From: Parcubacteria group bacterium
GTDB lineage: Bacteria; Patescibacteriota; Minisyncoccia; Phycocordibacterales; WO2-35-19
DNA: 64,000 nt
NCBI GenBank assembly: GCA_012514175.1
Contig: JAAZAU010000012.1
Location: 110,897 to 174,896, forward strand
Direction: 5' to 3'
The position numbers and the translations under genes are program-made. Below, one piece after another: positions 56,297 to 64,000 of this stretch (its first letter is position 1; each line of letters opens with the position of its first letter). The notes under the pieces are model-generated. The model did not search any database. It was given only the letters and a program-made list of their open reading frames with translations, and was not told the DNA's origin.

Positions 56297-57923
56297 GACG
56301 GATTTTTTTGATAATTTCTTTTAATTCTCTGTTTTTAACAAGATACAATAATACAACTCCAGCCGCAATACCTGTAAGACCAGAGGCTAACGCGTGACCA
56401 AAAACATTAATAAGAGAATCCAAAACAAAAAAGGTGCTGAAAAATCTCAAAGCATAAAAAGTCACAAAACCAACAACCAATGAAGCGAGCACGGTTTCCA
56501 ACGCAGTTTTCAAGATTCCCTCGCTGGCAATATCTTTAGTTTTTTTATTCAAAAAGAACCAAAGCCCCAAAGTGGTGAAGGCTGATCCTAAAGAAAACGA
56601 TAACGGCAAAATAATTATTTTTGAAGTTATAATTCCACCAATCTCTAAAAAATGACTAAGCCAAGAAACAAATCCTGACAAAAAATCAAAATAAAAAAGT
56701 GTCGTAAACAAAGCCGTCACCACCGCTCCTGAAAGTCCAAAAATGAGAGGAATCTTTGTTTTACCTAAAGCATAGTGCGCTCTCGTCAAAAAAAGGTTTA
56801 TACTTTGAAAAACAAAAGAAAGAGCAAAAAGCGACAAAACTGCAGCGGTAAGCTTGGTATCTGTCCAATCAAAAGCGCCGGAGCCCAAAATAACTCTTAC
56901 AATGTGTGTTCTTAAAATAATAAAAAGAGCGGTAACGGGCACGGTTAAAAATATAATATATCTGATTGACTCACCTATATATTTCCCACACTCTACAACA
57001 TTATTTTTAGCATGATGTTCAGACAAAGTTGGAAAAGCTGCTAAAGAATAACTAGCACCAATAACTGACAGTGGCACAGATTGTAAATTGAAAGCCAGAT
57101 TAAAGACGGCAACTGCACCCGTCCCCAAAAAAGTTGCCACGATCGTAAAAACAATGTTAATAATCTGAGTTGCTGAAAGAGCTAAAGTGCGAGGAATAGA
57201 AACTAACGCCGTCTCTCTTACTTCCAACCAATTTATCTTCCGAGTCAGACGCGGAACTTTCTTTTTATAAAAAATAAAACTGGCTGGCACCAAAAAATGC
57301 AACAAGGCGCCAAAAACCACTCCCCACACCACTGCTGTAATACCAAAATGTTTAGCACCAAAAACTATACCAGAAATAATACCTCCGTTGTAAAAAAGTG
57401 GACTTAAGGAATAAAGTAAAAATCTTTTTTCATATTGAACAATACTGCCAAAAAAATTTGAAAACCCTAATAAGATCGGTGACAAGAGTAAAATTCTGGA
57501 AAACTTGATAACCTCGCTTAAAACTTCGGCAGAAAAACCTTTAAATAAAAGCCCGGCTATTTGAGGCATAAAAATAAAAGCCAACAAACAACTGAAAACG
57601 ATAGCCACTGAAAAACTAGTGAAAATAGAGTTAATATAAGTTTGAACTGACTTTTCATCATTGACTGCTTTCTTAGAAAACATTGGGACCAAAACCGAAA
57701 TAGAAACCAAAGAACCAAAGGTGATAAAAATAAAATCAGGAATTCTAAACGCGGTGTAATAAATATCAAGAACTTCGTTAGCGCCAAAATGATGAGCAAG
57801 CAACCTATCCCTTATAAAAGCCAAAACTTGAGACAAGATTGAAAAACCTGCCAGCCAAAAAGCGGCTTGATGCAAGCCGCTTATTTTGGCAGTAATGGCT
57901 TTTAAAGTTCTGCTGACCATCAC
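56289..57923 (-). CDS. murJ: lipid II flippase MurJ
   Basis: 544 aa with 14 TM helices and the MurJ/MviN layout. Overlaps lepA start by 8 bp. Confidence 0.88.
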   Translation of the reverse strand: MMVSRTLKAITAKISGLHQAAFWLAGFSILSQVLAFIRDRLLAHHFGANEVLDIYYTAFRIPDFIFITFGSLVSISVLVPMFSKKAVNDEKSVQTYINSIFTSFSVAIVFSCLLAFIFMPQIAGLLFKGFSAEVLSEVIKFSRILLLSPILLGFSNFFGSIVQYEKRFLLYSLSPLFYNGGIISGIVFGAKHFGITAVVWGVVFGALLHFLVPASFIFYKKKVPRLTRKINWLEVRETALVSIPRTLALSATQIINIVFTIVATFLGTGAVAVFNLAFNLQSVPLSVIGASYSLAAFPTLSEHHAKNNVVECGKYIGESIRYIIFLTVPVTALFIILRTHIVRVILGSGAFDWTDTKLTAAVLSLFALSFVFQSINLFLTRAHYALGKTKIPLIFGLSGAVVTALFTTLFYFDFLSGFVSWLSHFLEIGGIITSKIIILPLSFSLGSAFTTLGLWFFLNKKTKDIASEGILKTALETVLASLVVGFVTFYALRFFSTFFVLDSLINVFGHALASGLTGIAAGVVLLYLVKNRELKEIIKKIRHE

Positions 57924-57941
57924 CCACTATATTAACATACT

Positions 57942-60332
57942 TTAGTTTTCTTCTTTTATAGGCAACTCAGCTCTCTTTTCTGGCTCTTCATCTAACGGAG
58001 CTTGAATACCGGCAAAGACATCTTTACCAGCTTTAATGTTTTCTACAATAAGAGAGACTTCAGTGTTTTCCGGATTAGTAACTTTTATTTCTTCAAACTG
58101 TTTCAGAGAATCATCTTTGCGATTGAGTTTGTAATAAGCCAGTCCTAAGAAATATTTAGCATTTGCATAATCAGGAATTAAAGTTACTGCTTTTTCCAAA
58201 GCGCTAGCTGCACCAAGGTAATCTTTTTGATTGTATTTAAGAAGACCAAGTTGGAAATAAAGACCAGTATTGTTTGGCTCCACTAAAGTAGCAGCTTCCA
58301 CAGATTTAATAGCAGATGGAATATCGTCTTGAGCAACCTGAAGTTGAGCTAAAGTAAAGTAGGCGTCAGTGTAATTATTTTTGAGTTCCAAAGCTTTAAC
58401 AATATTAGCTTTAGCTCCTTCAATATTACCTTCCAAAGCATCAAGTCTAGACAAAGCTAGAGGCACCGAAGGGTTGCTTGGAGAAAGTGTGCCAGCTTTG
58501 TTGTAAGCGTTGCGAGCCTCTTCCAGAGAACCCCCTATTCCATTAGCACCTAAAACTTCATAAACTCTTGCTAAGACAAACCAGTTTTGGAAATTATCAT
58601 CATCAACCGCAACAGCCGCTTTGGCAGACGCTACCGAATCAGAGATGAGAGTTTGAGCTTGGGTCCTGACTTCATCTGTCACCTGTTCTGGAGCGTTAAT
58701 ATTACCTAACACTCTACCTAAATCATTGAGAGAAATTTCAGTAAGTCCTCTCCAGTAAATATCGCTCGGCACCATAGTAACTGATTTAGCAATAGATTGT
58801 TTTGCAGATTGAATATCGCCAGTCATTTGATAATTTATAATGCCTTTTTCAAAAATGACAGCGGCTGCCGATCTTTCCCACACAAAATAACCTCCAGCAA
58901 CAGAAACGATAAGCAAGATCACAATAGAGAGCACTGAAAGGAAATTAGTTTTTGGATTTGAAAAAATATTGATTTTCCAAAGACTCATAATTCCTTGAGG
59001 CACAAGCGTAGCGGTAAACAGACCAGTAAAGATGAAAGCGAGAGCCATCACAACTATGCTTGGACTATAAAGGAAAAGCATTATCCAAAAATAAACAGAA
59101 ACCAAGAAGGAAGCAGTTGATAAATAGCGTGAACGACCAGCATAAACTTGAGCAAAAATCGCTTTTACACCTGTCAAAAGATACATCACAATAAAAGCAA
59201 GAAGTGAGAGCAGACCCAAGAGACCGGTAGTGATAGCGATAGTCGGAACAAAACCAGAACCAGAATAAAATTCAGTACCCCAAAATTGAGTTTGATTTAT
59301 TTCTACTGGTTTGTGCATATCCCAAAATTCTGAAAAACGATTAGGACCGACACCTAAAGCAAAATTTTGTTTCCAAGACAATAGCGACAAATCCATAGTA
59401 GTCTGGAAATTTGGTCGGATTTCAGTAGTCTGCACTCTCAAAGTTTTTGAGAAGAAATCAGAAATGCCAGAACCACCCAAAAGCAATATAATTGAAGCAA
59501 TTAAAACTATAAGAGAAGAGAGAGAAATTTTTCGGTTTAAACCTTGATTGTTATCTTCTGAACTAGTTGTCTCACTGCTTGGTTTGCCAACAGACCAAGA
59601 CAAAATATAAACAAAGAAAACTAAAGAAATTAAACCAAGAATGATAATTACTGGAGTAAAATTGGTAGCTCCAATAAAAATCAAAGAAAAGGCAGTAAGC
59701 GCATACAAGACATATCTCATCTTTTTAGAAACATCTGACATATTGATAGCGCAAAGCGCTAAAATCACCGCGCTACCAAAAATAATTGCAGTATCAACGG
59801 CACCGCCAGCAAGGAAAAATGGCATTTTAGAAGCCAAAGATTCTGGGATCAAAGAATAACCAAAAGCTCCGAGCAAAGTATAAAGCGCCAAAGCAACTGT
59901 GGAATAAATGAAAGCTGTTATGATTTTGCTTACTGTTCCAACGCTTTTAACAGCCAAAACTGTCATAAACAAAAGAAACACAAGCATAATGATTGAACCC
60001 GAAGTGCCGAGATCAAAAACTGAACCAGCCAAAGAAGAATTGATAGAGCCAGAAAAGACCGATGAGAGCAATGCTACCAAAGCAAAAACTCCTATCGGGA
60101 TCAGATACTTAGCCTTAGGTAATTCAATCATGCCAGTAGAAAGTACTGACGACAAAAAAATGGCAAAAATTGCCACTAAACCAGTAGCCAAAAAGGTTAT
60201 CTTGGCCACATATAAACCGACTCCGCTAACCGGCACGAAAAAGATCGGCAACAGAAAAACGAAGATCGACAAAATTGTTCCTAGTTTCCTGACGAGCAAG
60301 TTACTAGAAGTATTTTGAACTTCTTGTTCCAT
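57942..60332 (-). CDS. O-antigen ligase-like polytopic membrane protein with C-terminal TPR repeats
   Basis: 796 aa with ~12 TM helices (Wzy_C-like large periplasmic loop), then a TPR-rich domain (AYNKAGTLSP..., YFQLGLLKYNQKDYLGAASALEKAV). Confidence 0.75.
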   Translation of the reverse strand: MEQEVQNTSSNLLVRKLGTILSIFVFLLPIFFVPVSGVGLYVAKITFLATGLVAIFAIFLSSVLSTGMIELPKAKYLIPIGVFALVALLSSVFSGSINSSLAGSVFDLGTSGSIIMLVFLLFMTVLAVKSVGTVSKIITAFIYSTVALALYTLLGAFGYSLIPESLASKMPFFLAGGAVDTAIIFGSAVILALCAINMSDVSKKMRYVLYALTAFSLIFIGATNFTPVIIILGLISLVFFVYILSWSVGKPSSETTSSEDNNQGLNRKISLSSLIVLIASIILLLGGSGISDFFSKTLRVQTTEIRPNFQTTMDLSLLSWKQNFALGVGPNRFSEFWDMHKPVEINQTQFWGTEFYSGSGFVPTIAITTGLLGLLSLLAFIVMYLLTGVKAIFAQVYAGRSRYLSTASFLVSVYFWIMLFLYSPSIVVMALAFIFTGLFTATLVPQGIMSLWKINIFSNPKTNFLSVLSIVILLIVSVAGGYFVWERSAAAVIFEKGIINYQMTGDIQSAKQSIAKSVTMVPSDIYWRGLTEISLNDLGRVLGNINAPEQVTDEVRTQAQTLISDSVASAKAAVAVDDDNFQNWFVLARVYEVLGANGIGGSLEEARNAYNKAGTLSPSNPSVPLALSRLDALEGNIEGAKANIVKALELKNNYTDAYFTLAQLQVAQDDIPSAIKSVEAATLVEPNNTGLYFQLGLLKYNQKDYLGAASALEKAVTLIPDYANAKYFLGLAYYKLNRKDDSLKQFEEIKVTNPENTEVSLIVENIKAGKDVFAGIQAPLDEEPEKRAELPIKEEN

Positions 60333-60444
60333 AATTATTTTACTTATCCCTTCGGCCTACGTCTTTTTAGGCGCAATAGCCATCACCTCTTATACACTGA
60401 CTAAGTGCAAAGGATAATTTAAAGGGGGTTAATAATCTATTAAT

Positions 60445-60861
60445 TTAACCTGTATATATTATAAAATGCTCACAAACAAAAACAAGAAAAAAGTGTGGAA
60501 AAATCAACTTCCCAATGTCCGACGTTGGGAGATGAGCCAGCCAAAGTTTAAAAGGTTCAGCGTTAGGTGATGGGATAGATTGAACAATTCGGAGCGTTGT
60601 CTCCGTATCGGCAACATCTGTAAAATAATATTTACCATCAGAAGACTGCATTTTCAGTTGTCCGATTTTTCCGGACAACTCATTTCCTTCTTTTTTGAGT
60701 TTAATTTTTAAATCATTCCAATATTTTCTAGGTCTATCAGTTTGAGTCAAAGTCTCAATAATATCTATAATTGAAAAATACCAAATTTCTTTTTCCTTAT
60801 CCCAATGGCGCCGAATCTGTTTATCTTTAAATAAAATTATTTTTGATTCTTTTTTTATCAA
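60445..60861 (-). CDS. Bro-N/KilA-N-like domain protein (phage antirepressor N-domain only)
   Basis: 138 aa: IRRHWDKEKEIWYFSIIDIIETL...DGKYYFTDVADTETTLRIVQSIPSPNAEPFKLWLA parallels the Bro-N pattern (DGE.WF.A.DVA..LG...KPEAKKFKKWV). The usual C-terminal domain is missing. Confidence 0.6.
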   Translation of the reverse strand: MIKKESKIILFKDKQIRRHWDKEKEIWYFSIIDIIETLTQTDRPRKYWNDLKIKLKKEGNELSGKIGQLKMQSSDGKYYFTDVADTETTLRIVQSIPSPNAEPFKLWLAHLPTSDIGKLIFPHFFLVFVCEHFIIYTG

Positions 60862-60884
60862 ATTATTAATTTATTTGTTAAAAA

Positions 60885-62606
60885 TCACTCTCTAAATATC
60901 ACTCCACTTTTGAAAATCGCTCCGCCTTTCAAAACTTTGTCCGCACTGGCTCCTGCTGTTGGAGTCTCACCTCCCCCTGCGACATATTCATCAGCACCTA
61001 TGTCCCATGCACTTCTTGTATCTCCATCAACATCATCTGTAAAAGTCCCAGACAAATCTTCACCAGATATTCCAAACAAACTCAAACCTGTGCCTTTAAG
61101 ATGAAAATCTTTATTTATATAATCTTCAAAATAATCTCCATAAGAAGTTAAACCAGTAGCGACTGTAGTCCCTACAGCAGTAGCATCAGAAGAAACATTC
61201 CTATCAGAAGATGCACTCCAATCAATGTCATAATCAATGTTGGTATTATTAAAAGAGATATTGTTTTTCGCAATTGAATATGCACCAATGTTACTCGCAG
61301 CCATACCATAATAATTGTTATATAAAGTATTATTATAATAATAACCATAACTACTAGAAGTCGTTTTACCTACCTTAATTCCGTATGCATTGCTGTTATA
61401 ATTAAATCCATAAATTATATTGTTATACACTAAAGCGTCGCTATAATCGGGTATTTCTACACCTACACCCGCCTTATATATACCTTTCAGTATATTATGA
61501 GAAAAGATTGGACTAGCGGATCCATAAGAAAAAAGAACACCATTACTCCAATAAGTAGCATTCGAATCTACACCCATTTGCAATCCTATGATTTTTGTAT
61601 AATCTGTATTCGCACCGACATTCAACACTCTAGTGTAACTAACTGAATCAGTATTTATTAGTCTATATTTTGTATCATCCCAAACCCCATCATGTCTATC
61701 ACTTCCAGCAGGATTGGTCCAAATTTTTATATAATGAGTAGAGTTAGTTGTATAACCTGTGACATCTACACTTGTAGTATCAGCTGTACCATCACTGGCT
61801 TCGCATTCAAAAGTAAGTTGTTCATCAGAAACAGTAAGATCTCTGGCTTCGGCAACAACAGCAGCGTTAAGAGAAGCATAATCACCTGTGCCTCCTGTAT
61901 CCACCGTAACGACGGTCGCAGTTAAAGCATAAGCAGTCGGTCTCATTATATCCACAAACTTTTGCCAATTAGTTTTTTCGGGAGGAACATAATCAGCCAT
62001 TGAAACGACGGCTTTTTGATCGGATTTCTTCTCTTTAATGATATTTAAATCAATAACCGGCAATCTCTTGATATCTTCTAGCTTTGAGACTTTTTCGATT
62101 TCATTTGCGTTAAGGATAGTTGTGTAGTCAATGCCCTTTTTTCTCATTTTTAAAGTTTTTTCAAATTCAATTTCCTCACCTTCAACGACTTCTCTTTCTG
62201 TAACCACTTCTGAAGACATAAGATCTGCTATTTGCCCCTTAGTCAGTTTAGCTGGATAATACAAAGGTAGAAGTTTGACTGTCTCTAGTCTACTCAGTGG
62301 ATTTCTATCTCCAAATTGATTACAAAGTTTGGTCCCGTCTCTTATTTCTACAATATCTCCCGCTTCATATCTACCTTCGCCTACTCCTGTCGCTACTGGT
62401 TTGACAAGGAGTATCATCCCGTCTTTATAGTCGCAAGCTTTAAAATCTGGATCAGTTGGGACAATGAAATTCCAAACTGTTTGAACGATATCATTTGGAA
62501 GATTGAGTTTTTGACCGACAGCAGTCTGAGAGAAAATGATAAAACCAGTGATGAGGAAGATGACAACGAGTCCGATTTTAGTTGATTTATGAAGTTTAGT
62601 GAGCAT
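60885..62606 (-). CDS. surface protein with right-handed parallel beta-helix repeats
   Basis: 573 aa with signal anchor. VDTGGTGDYASLNAAV start of a pectate-lyase-like beta-helix and repeated NN-I/V motifs (NNIIYGFNYNSNAYGIKVG, NNTLYNNYYGMAASNIG, KNNISFNNTNIDYDI). Confidence 0.6.
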   Translation of the reverse strand: MLTKLHKSTKIGLVVIFLITGFIIFSQTAVGQKLNLPNDIVQTVWNFIVPTDPDFKACDYKDGMILLVKPVATGVGEGRYEAGDIVEIRDGTKLCNQFGDRNPLSRLETVKLLPLYYPAKLTKGQIADLMSSEVVTEREVVEGEEIEFEKTLKMRKKGIDYTTILNANEIEKVSKLEDIKRLPVIDLNIIKEKKSDQKAVVSMADYVPPEKTNWQKFVDIMRPTAYALTATVVTVDTGGTGDYASLNAAVVAEARDLTVSDEQLTFECEASDGTADTTSVDVTGYTTNSTHYIKIWTNPAGSDRHDGVWDDTKYRLINTDSVSYTRVLNVGANTDYTKIIGLQMGVDSNATYWSNGVLFSYGSASPIFSHNILKGIYKAGVGVEIPDYSDALVYNNIIYGFNYNSNAYGIKVGKTTSSSYGYYYNNTLYNNYYGMAASNIGAYSIAKNNISFNNTNIDYDIDWSASSDRNVSSDATAVGTTVATGLTSYGDYFEDYINKDFHLKGTGLSLFGISGEDLSGTFTDDVDGDTRSAWDIGADEYVAGGGETPTAGASADKVLKGGAIFKSGVIFRE

Positions 62607-62628
62607 TGGTTTATTATATCAAAAAATA

Positions 62629-63186
62629 TCACCTAAACTTCCAAGTTTTCAAAATTTCTTCCATTGTTGATCCAAAGTCGCGATAAGTGCGGGCTTGATA
62701 AATAGAACCTTTATAAACAAACCAAATCTCATAAGTCGGACCGATATCTGACGTCTCACTTTCAAAAGCTAGAGCGTCTATCCCCTCGCCCACCGAGACT
62801 CTCTTTTCTTTTTGGATAACCAAGTTTGGCAAATCTTTCAAAATCCTCTCTTTAGTAATAGGACCCGCTTCATCAAAAGGCAAAACTATGATTTCAAAAC
62901 CTTTGCCCAATTCACCACTTTCTACCAAAATCACTTTCCCCGCTGGCGCTCCTTCTATGCCTCCTAGGGGTGTCTCGGTCACTTTCAATTTTTCAGGATA
63001 AGAAAAAATAAAATCATTTTCTGAATTTTCATATTTTTGAGCTTCACCCAATTCGGCAACTACCGAAGAAGGTAGATTTCCATCTGAAAATAAATCCGGA
63101 CTCTCTCCTCCAAATCGCCACCAAACCAAAACTCCGATGACCAATATCACAATTATCCAAATCAATTTTGTCGTATGTTTTTGCAT
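62629..63186 (-). CDS. hypothetical N-terminally membrane-anchored protein (FxFSYPE family)
   Basis: 185 aa. Paralog-like to 52984..53565. Confidence 0.5.
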   Translation of the reverse strand: MQKHTTKLIWIIVILVIGVLVWWRFGGESPDLFSDGNLPSSVVAELGEAQKYENSENDFIFSYPEKLKVTETPLGGIEGAPAGKVILVESGELGKGFEIIVLPFDEAGPITKERILKDLPNLVIQKEKRVSVGEGIDALAFESETSDIGPTYEIWFVYKGSIYQARTYRDFGSTMEEILKTWKFR

Positions 63187-63223
63187 TTTGTTTTTAAAAT
63201 TTCAAATTTTGGGAAATAAATGA

Positions 63224-64000
63224 CTAATTACCTTTGACACAACGAACATAATAAATGGTATCCTTGAAGTTGCTATATATATCACCATTACTGAAATGGA
63301 CGTACTTCGCGCCCGAAGTATTGTACTCCGTACTCGACCAGTAGCCGTTCGACTGAAAAGTGCCAAAAAGAGCGCGGTTAGTGTACATAGAAGAAAGCTC
63401 GGTGACGGTCGGCAATCTACCTCCTATTGCTTTACAAATATTGCGAGCAGAATAATCTGTAAAATCAACCGCATTGCTTGAGACTAAATTGTCTCCATCT
63501 TGAGCACCATCTAGTCCACATTGCGGAGTATCACAAGCAGTATTTGAAGTCTTCCAAGAACCAGCTAAATCAATTCGTCCCACCAATACATAGTCGCCAT
63601 CTCCCAAGGTGTTGGCGATGACATCGTCTTGATCACAATACCAGACTTCGTTATCGCAGGTTGAAGCTGGTGGAGTATAGGTGATTTTCATCCCCGCCCC
63701 TTGATTATAAAGTCTTTTTATTTCCTCTGCCGACAAAACACGATTATAAACACGAACATCATCCATAAGACCCAAAAAAGAATAGTTTACTAAATCCTCG
63801 TCTATACCAATATATACAGGATTATTGTTTTGAGGAGCATTTCGTGTTGAAGCAGTATTGCCACCATCTAATTGCCCATTTATATAAAACGAAACTCCGT
63901 TGGTTGAACTTTGTATATAAGTAACATGTGACCAAACATCCATAGGCACACTGCTATTGGAATAAGAATAAGTCCCATTACCATAATTGTAACCGGTTAA
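63224..64000 (-). CDS. LamG-like (concanavalin A-like) domain plus DUF1566 (Lcl C-terminal) domain protein, 5' end beyond window
   Basis: The reading frame is open to the window edge. LMDDVRVYNRVLSAEEIKRLYN is the signature end of LamG-like jellyroll domains. C-terminal CKAIGGRLPTVTELSSMY...GYWSSTEY...YYVRCV matches DUF1566. Confidence 0.75.
   Translation of the reverse strand, partial: LTGYNYGNGTYSYSNSSVPMDVWSHVTYIQSSTNGVSFYINGQLDGGNTASTRNAPQNNNPVYIGIDEDLVNYSFLGLMDDVRVYNRVLSAEEIKRLYNQGAGMKITYTPPASTCDNEVWYCDQDDVIANTLGDGDYVLVGRIDLAGSWKTSNTACDTPQCGLDGAQDGDNLVSSNAVDFTDYSARNICKAIGGRLPTVTELSSMYTNRALFGTFQSNGYWSSTEYNTSGAKYVHFSNGDIYSNFKDTIYYVRCVKGN

Noticed and set aside
27-63949. Many 60-120 aa antisense or embedded ORFs in the six-frame track (e.g. 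300..593-, 2771..3130-, 8428..8625-, 10547..10807-, 19591..19944-, 43706..44365+, 59908..60318+)
   Set aside because: They lie inside long, well-supported genes on the opposite strand or in an alternate frame. They have low-complexity or atypical composition and no start-site signals, so they are treated as non-coding shadows.
1-64000. CRISPR arrays, transposases or integrases
   Set aside because: No regularly spaced direct repeats and no transposase/integrase-like ORFs were seen. The islets show only repeat scars and gene remnants.

Overview
The window is an AT-rich, gene-dense chromosomal segment with short genes and weak Shine-Dalgarno sites. It has the look of a reduced Patescibacteria/CPR-type genome: a short-form AlaRS, a Pif1-like helicase, MurJ, an O-antigen-ligase/TPR protein and many membrane-anchored surface proteins. 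The conserved core comprises an infA-rpmJ-rpsM-rpsK-rpsD-rpoA-rplQ cluster followed by rplM-rpsI, then grpE-dnaK-dnaJ. Further core genes include six aminoacyl-tRNA synthetases (alaS, tyrS, trpS, aspS, gltX, cysS), a scpA-scpB-dacB-mraY-ftsW-murG block, rpmA, rplI, ctpA, corA, lepA and murJ, plus one tRNA-Gly(CCC). The core is interrupted by several accessory patches that stand out by eye through higher G+C, repeat scars or gene remnants. The accessory patches are, in order: (1) About 12.0-15.9 kb, between two plsC paralogs, a microviridin/graspetide-type ATP-grasp ligase sits divergently next to a cytoplasmic S9 prolyl-oligopeptidase. This patch also holds a 23-bp direct repeat copying part of the ATP-grasp gene, an epimerase gene remnant, and a 14-bp inverted-repeat-flanked promoter segment carrying a perfect palindrome. 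(2) About 20.0-22.3 kb, a 2.2 kb insert carrying an rlmA-like methyltransferase, an actinobacterial-type DUF397 gene and a GT8 glycosyltransferase is flanked by a 39-bp duplication of the histidine-kinase 3' end. (3) About 27.2-29.7 kb, a secreted lipase/esterase is followed by two recently duplicated small secreted proteins, arranged like a toxin-immunity or lipase-helper locus. (4) About 41.5-48.3 kb, a minus-strand cluster of secreted and surface proteins includes an SLT transglycosylase, a W-rich repeat protein, a Gly-rich protein, a Cys-rich protein, two proteins ending in (N/D)PNYKEF, and a CXXS DsbA-like protein. (5) At about 53.6-54.0 kb, an M23 peptidase gene remnant abuts tRNA-Gly. 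(6) At the 3' end of the window a Bro-N fragment, a beta-helix protein and a LamG/DUF1566 protein sit together. No CRISPR array, transposase or integrase was seen. A GC-rich ~120-150 nt intergenic element at 32.19-32.34 kb is a candidate structured RNA.
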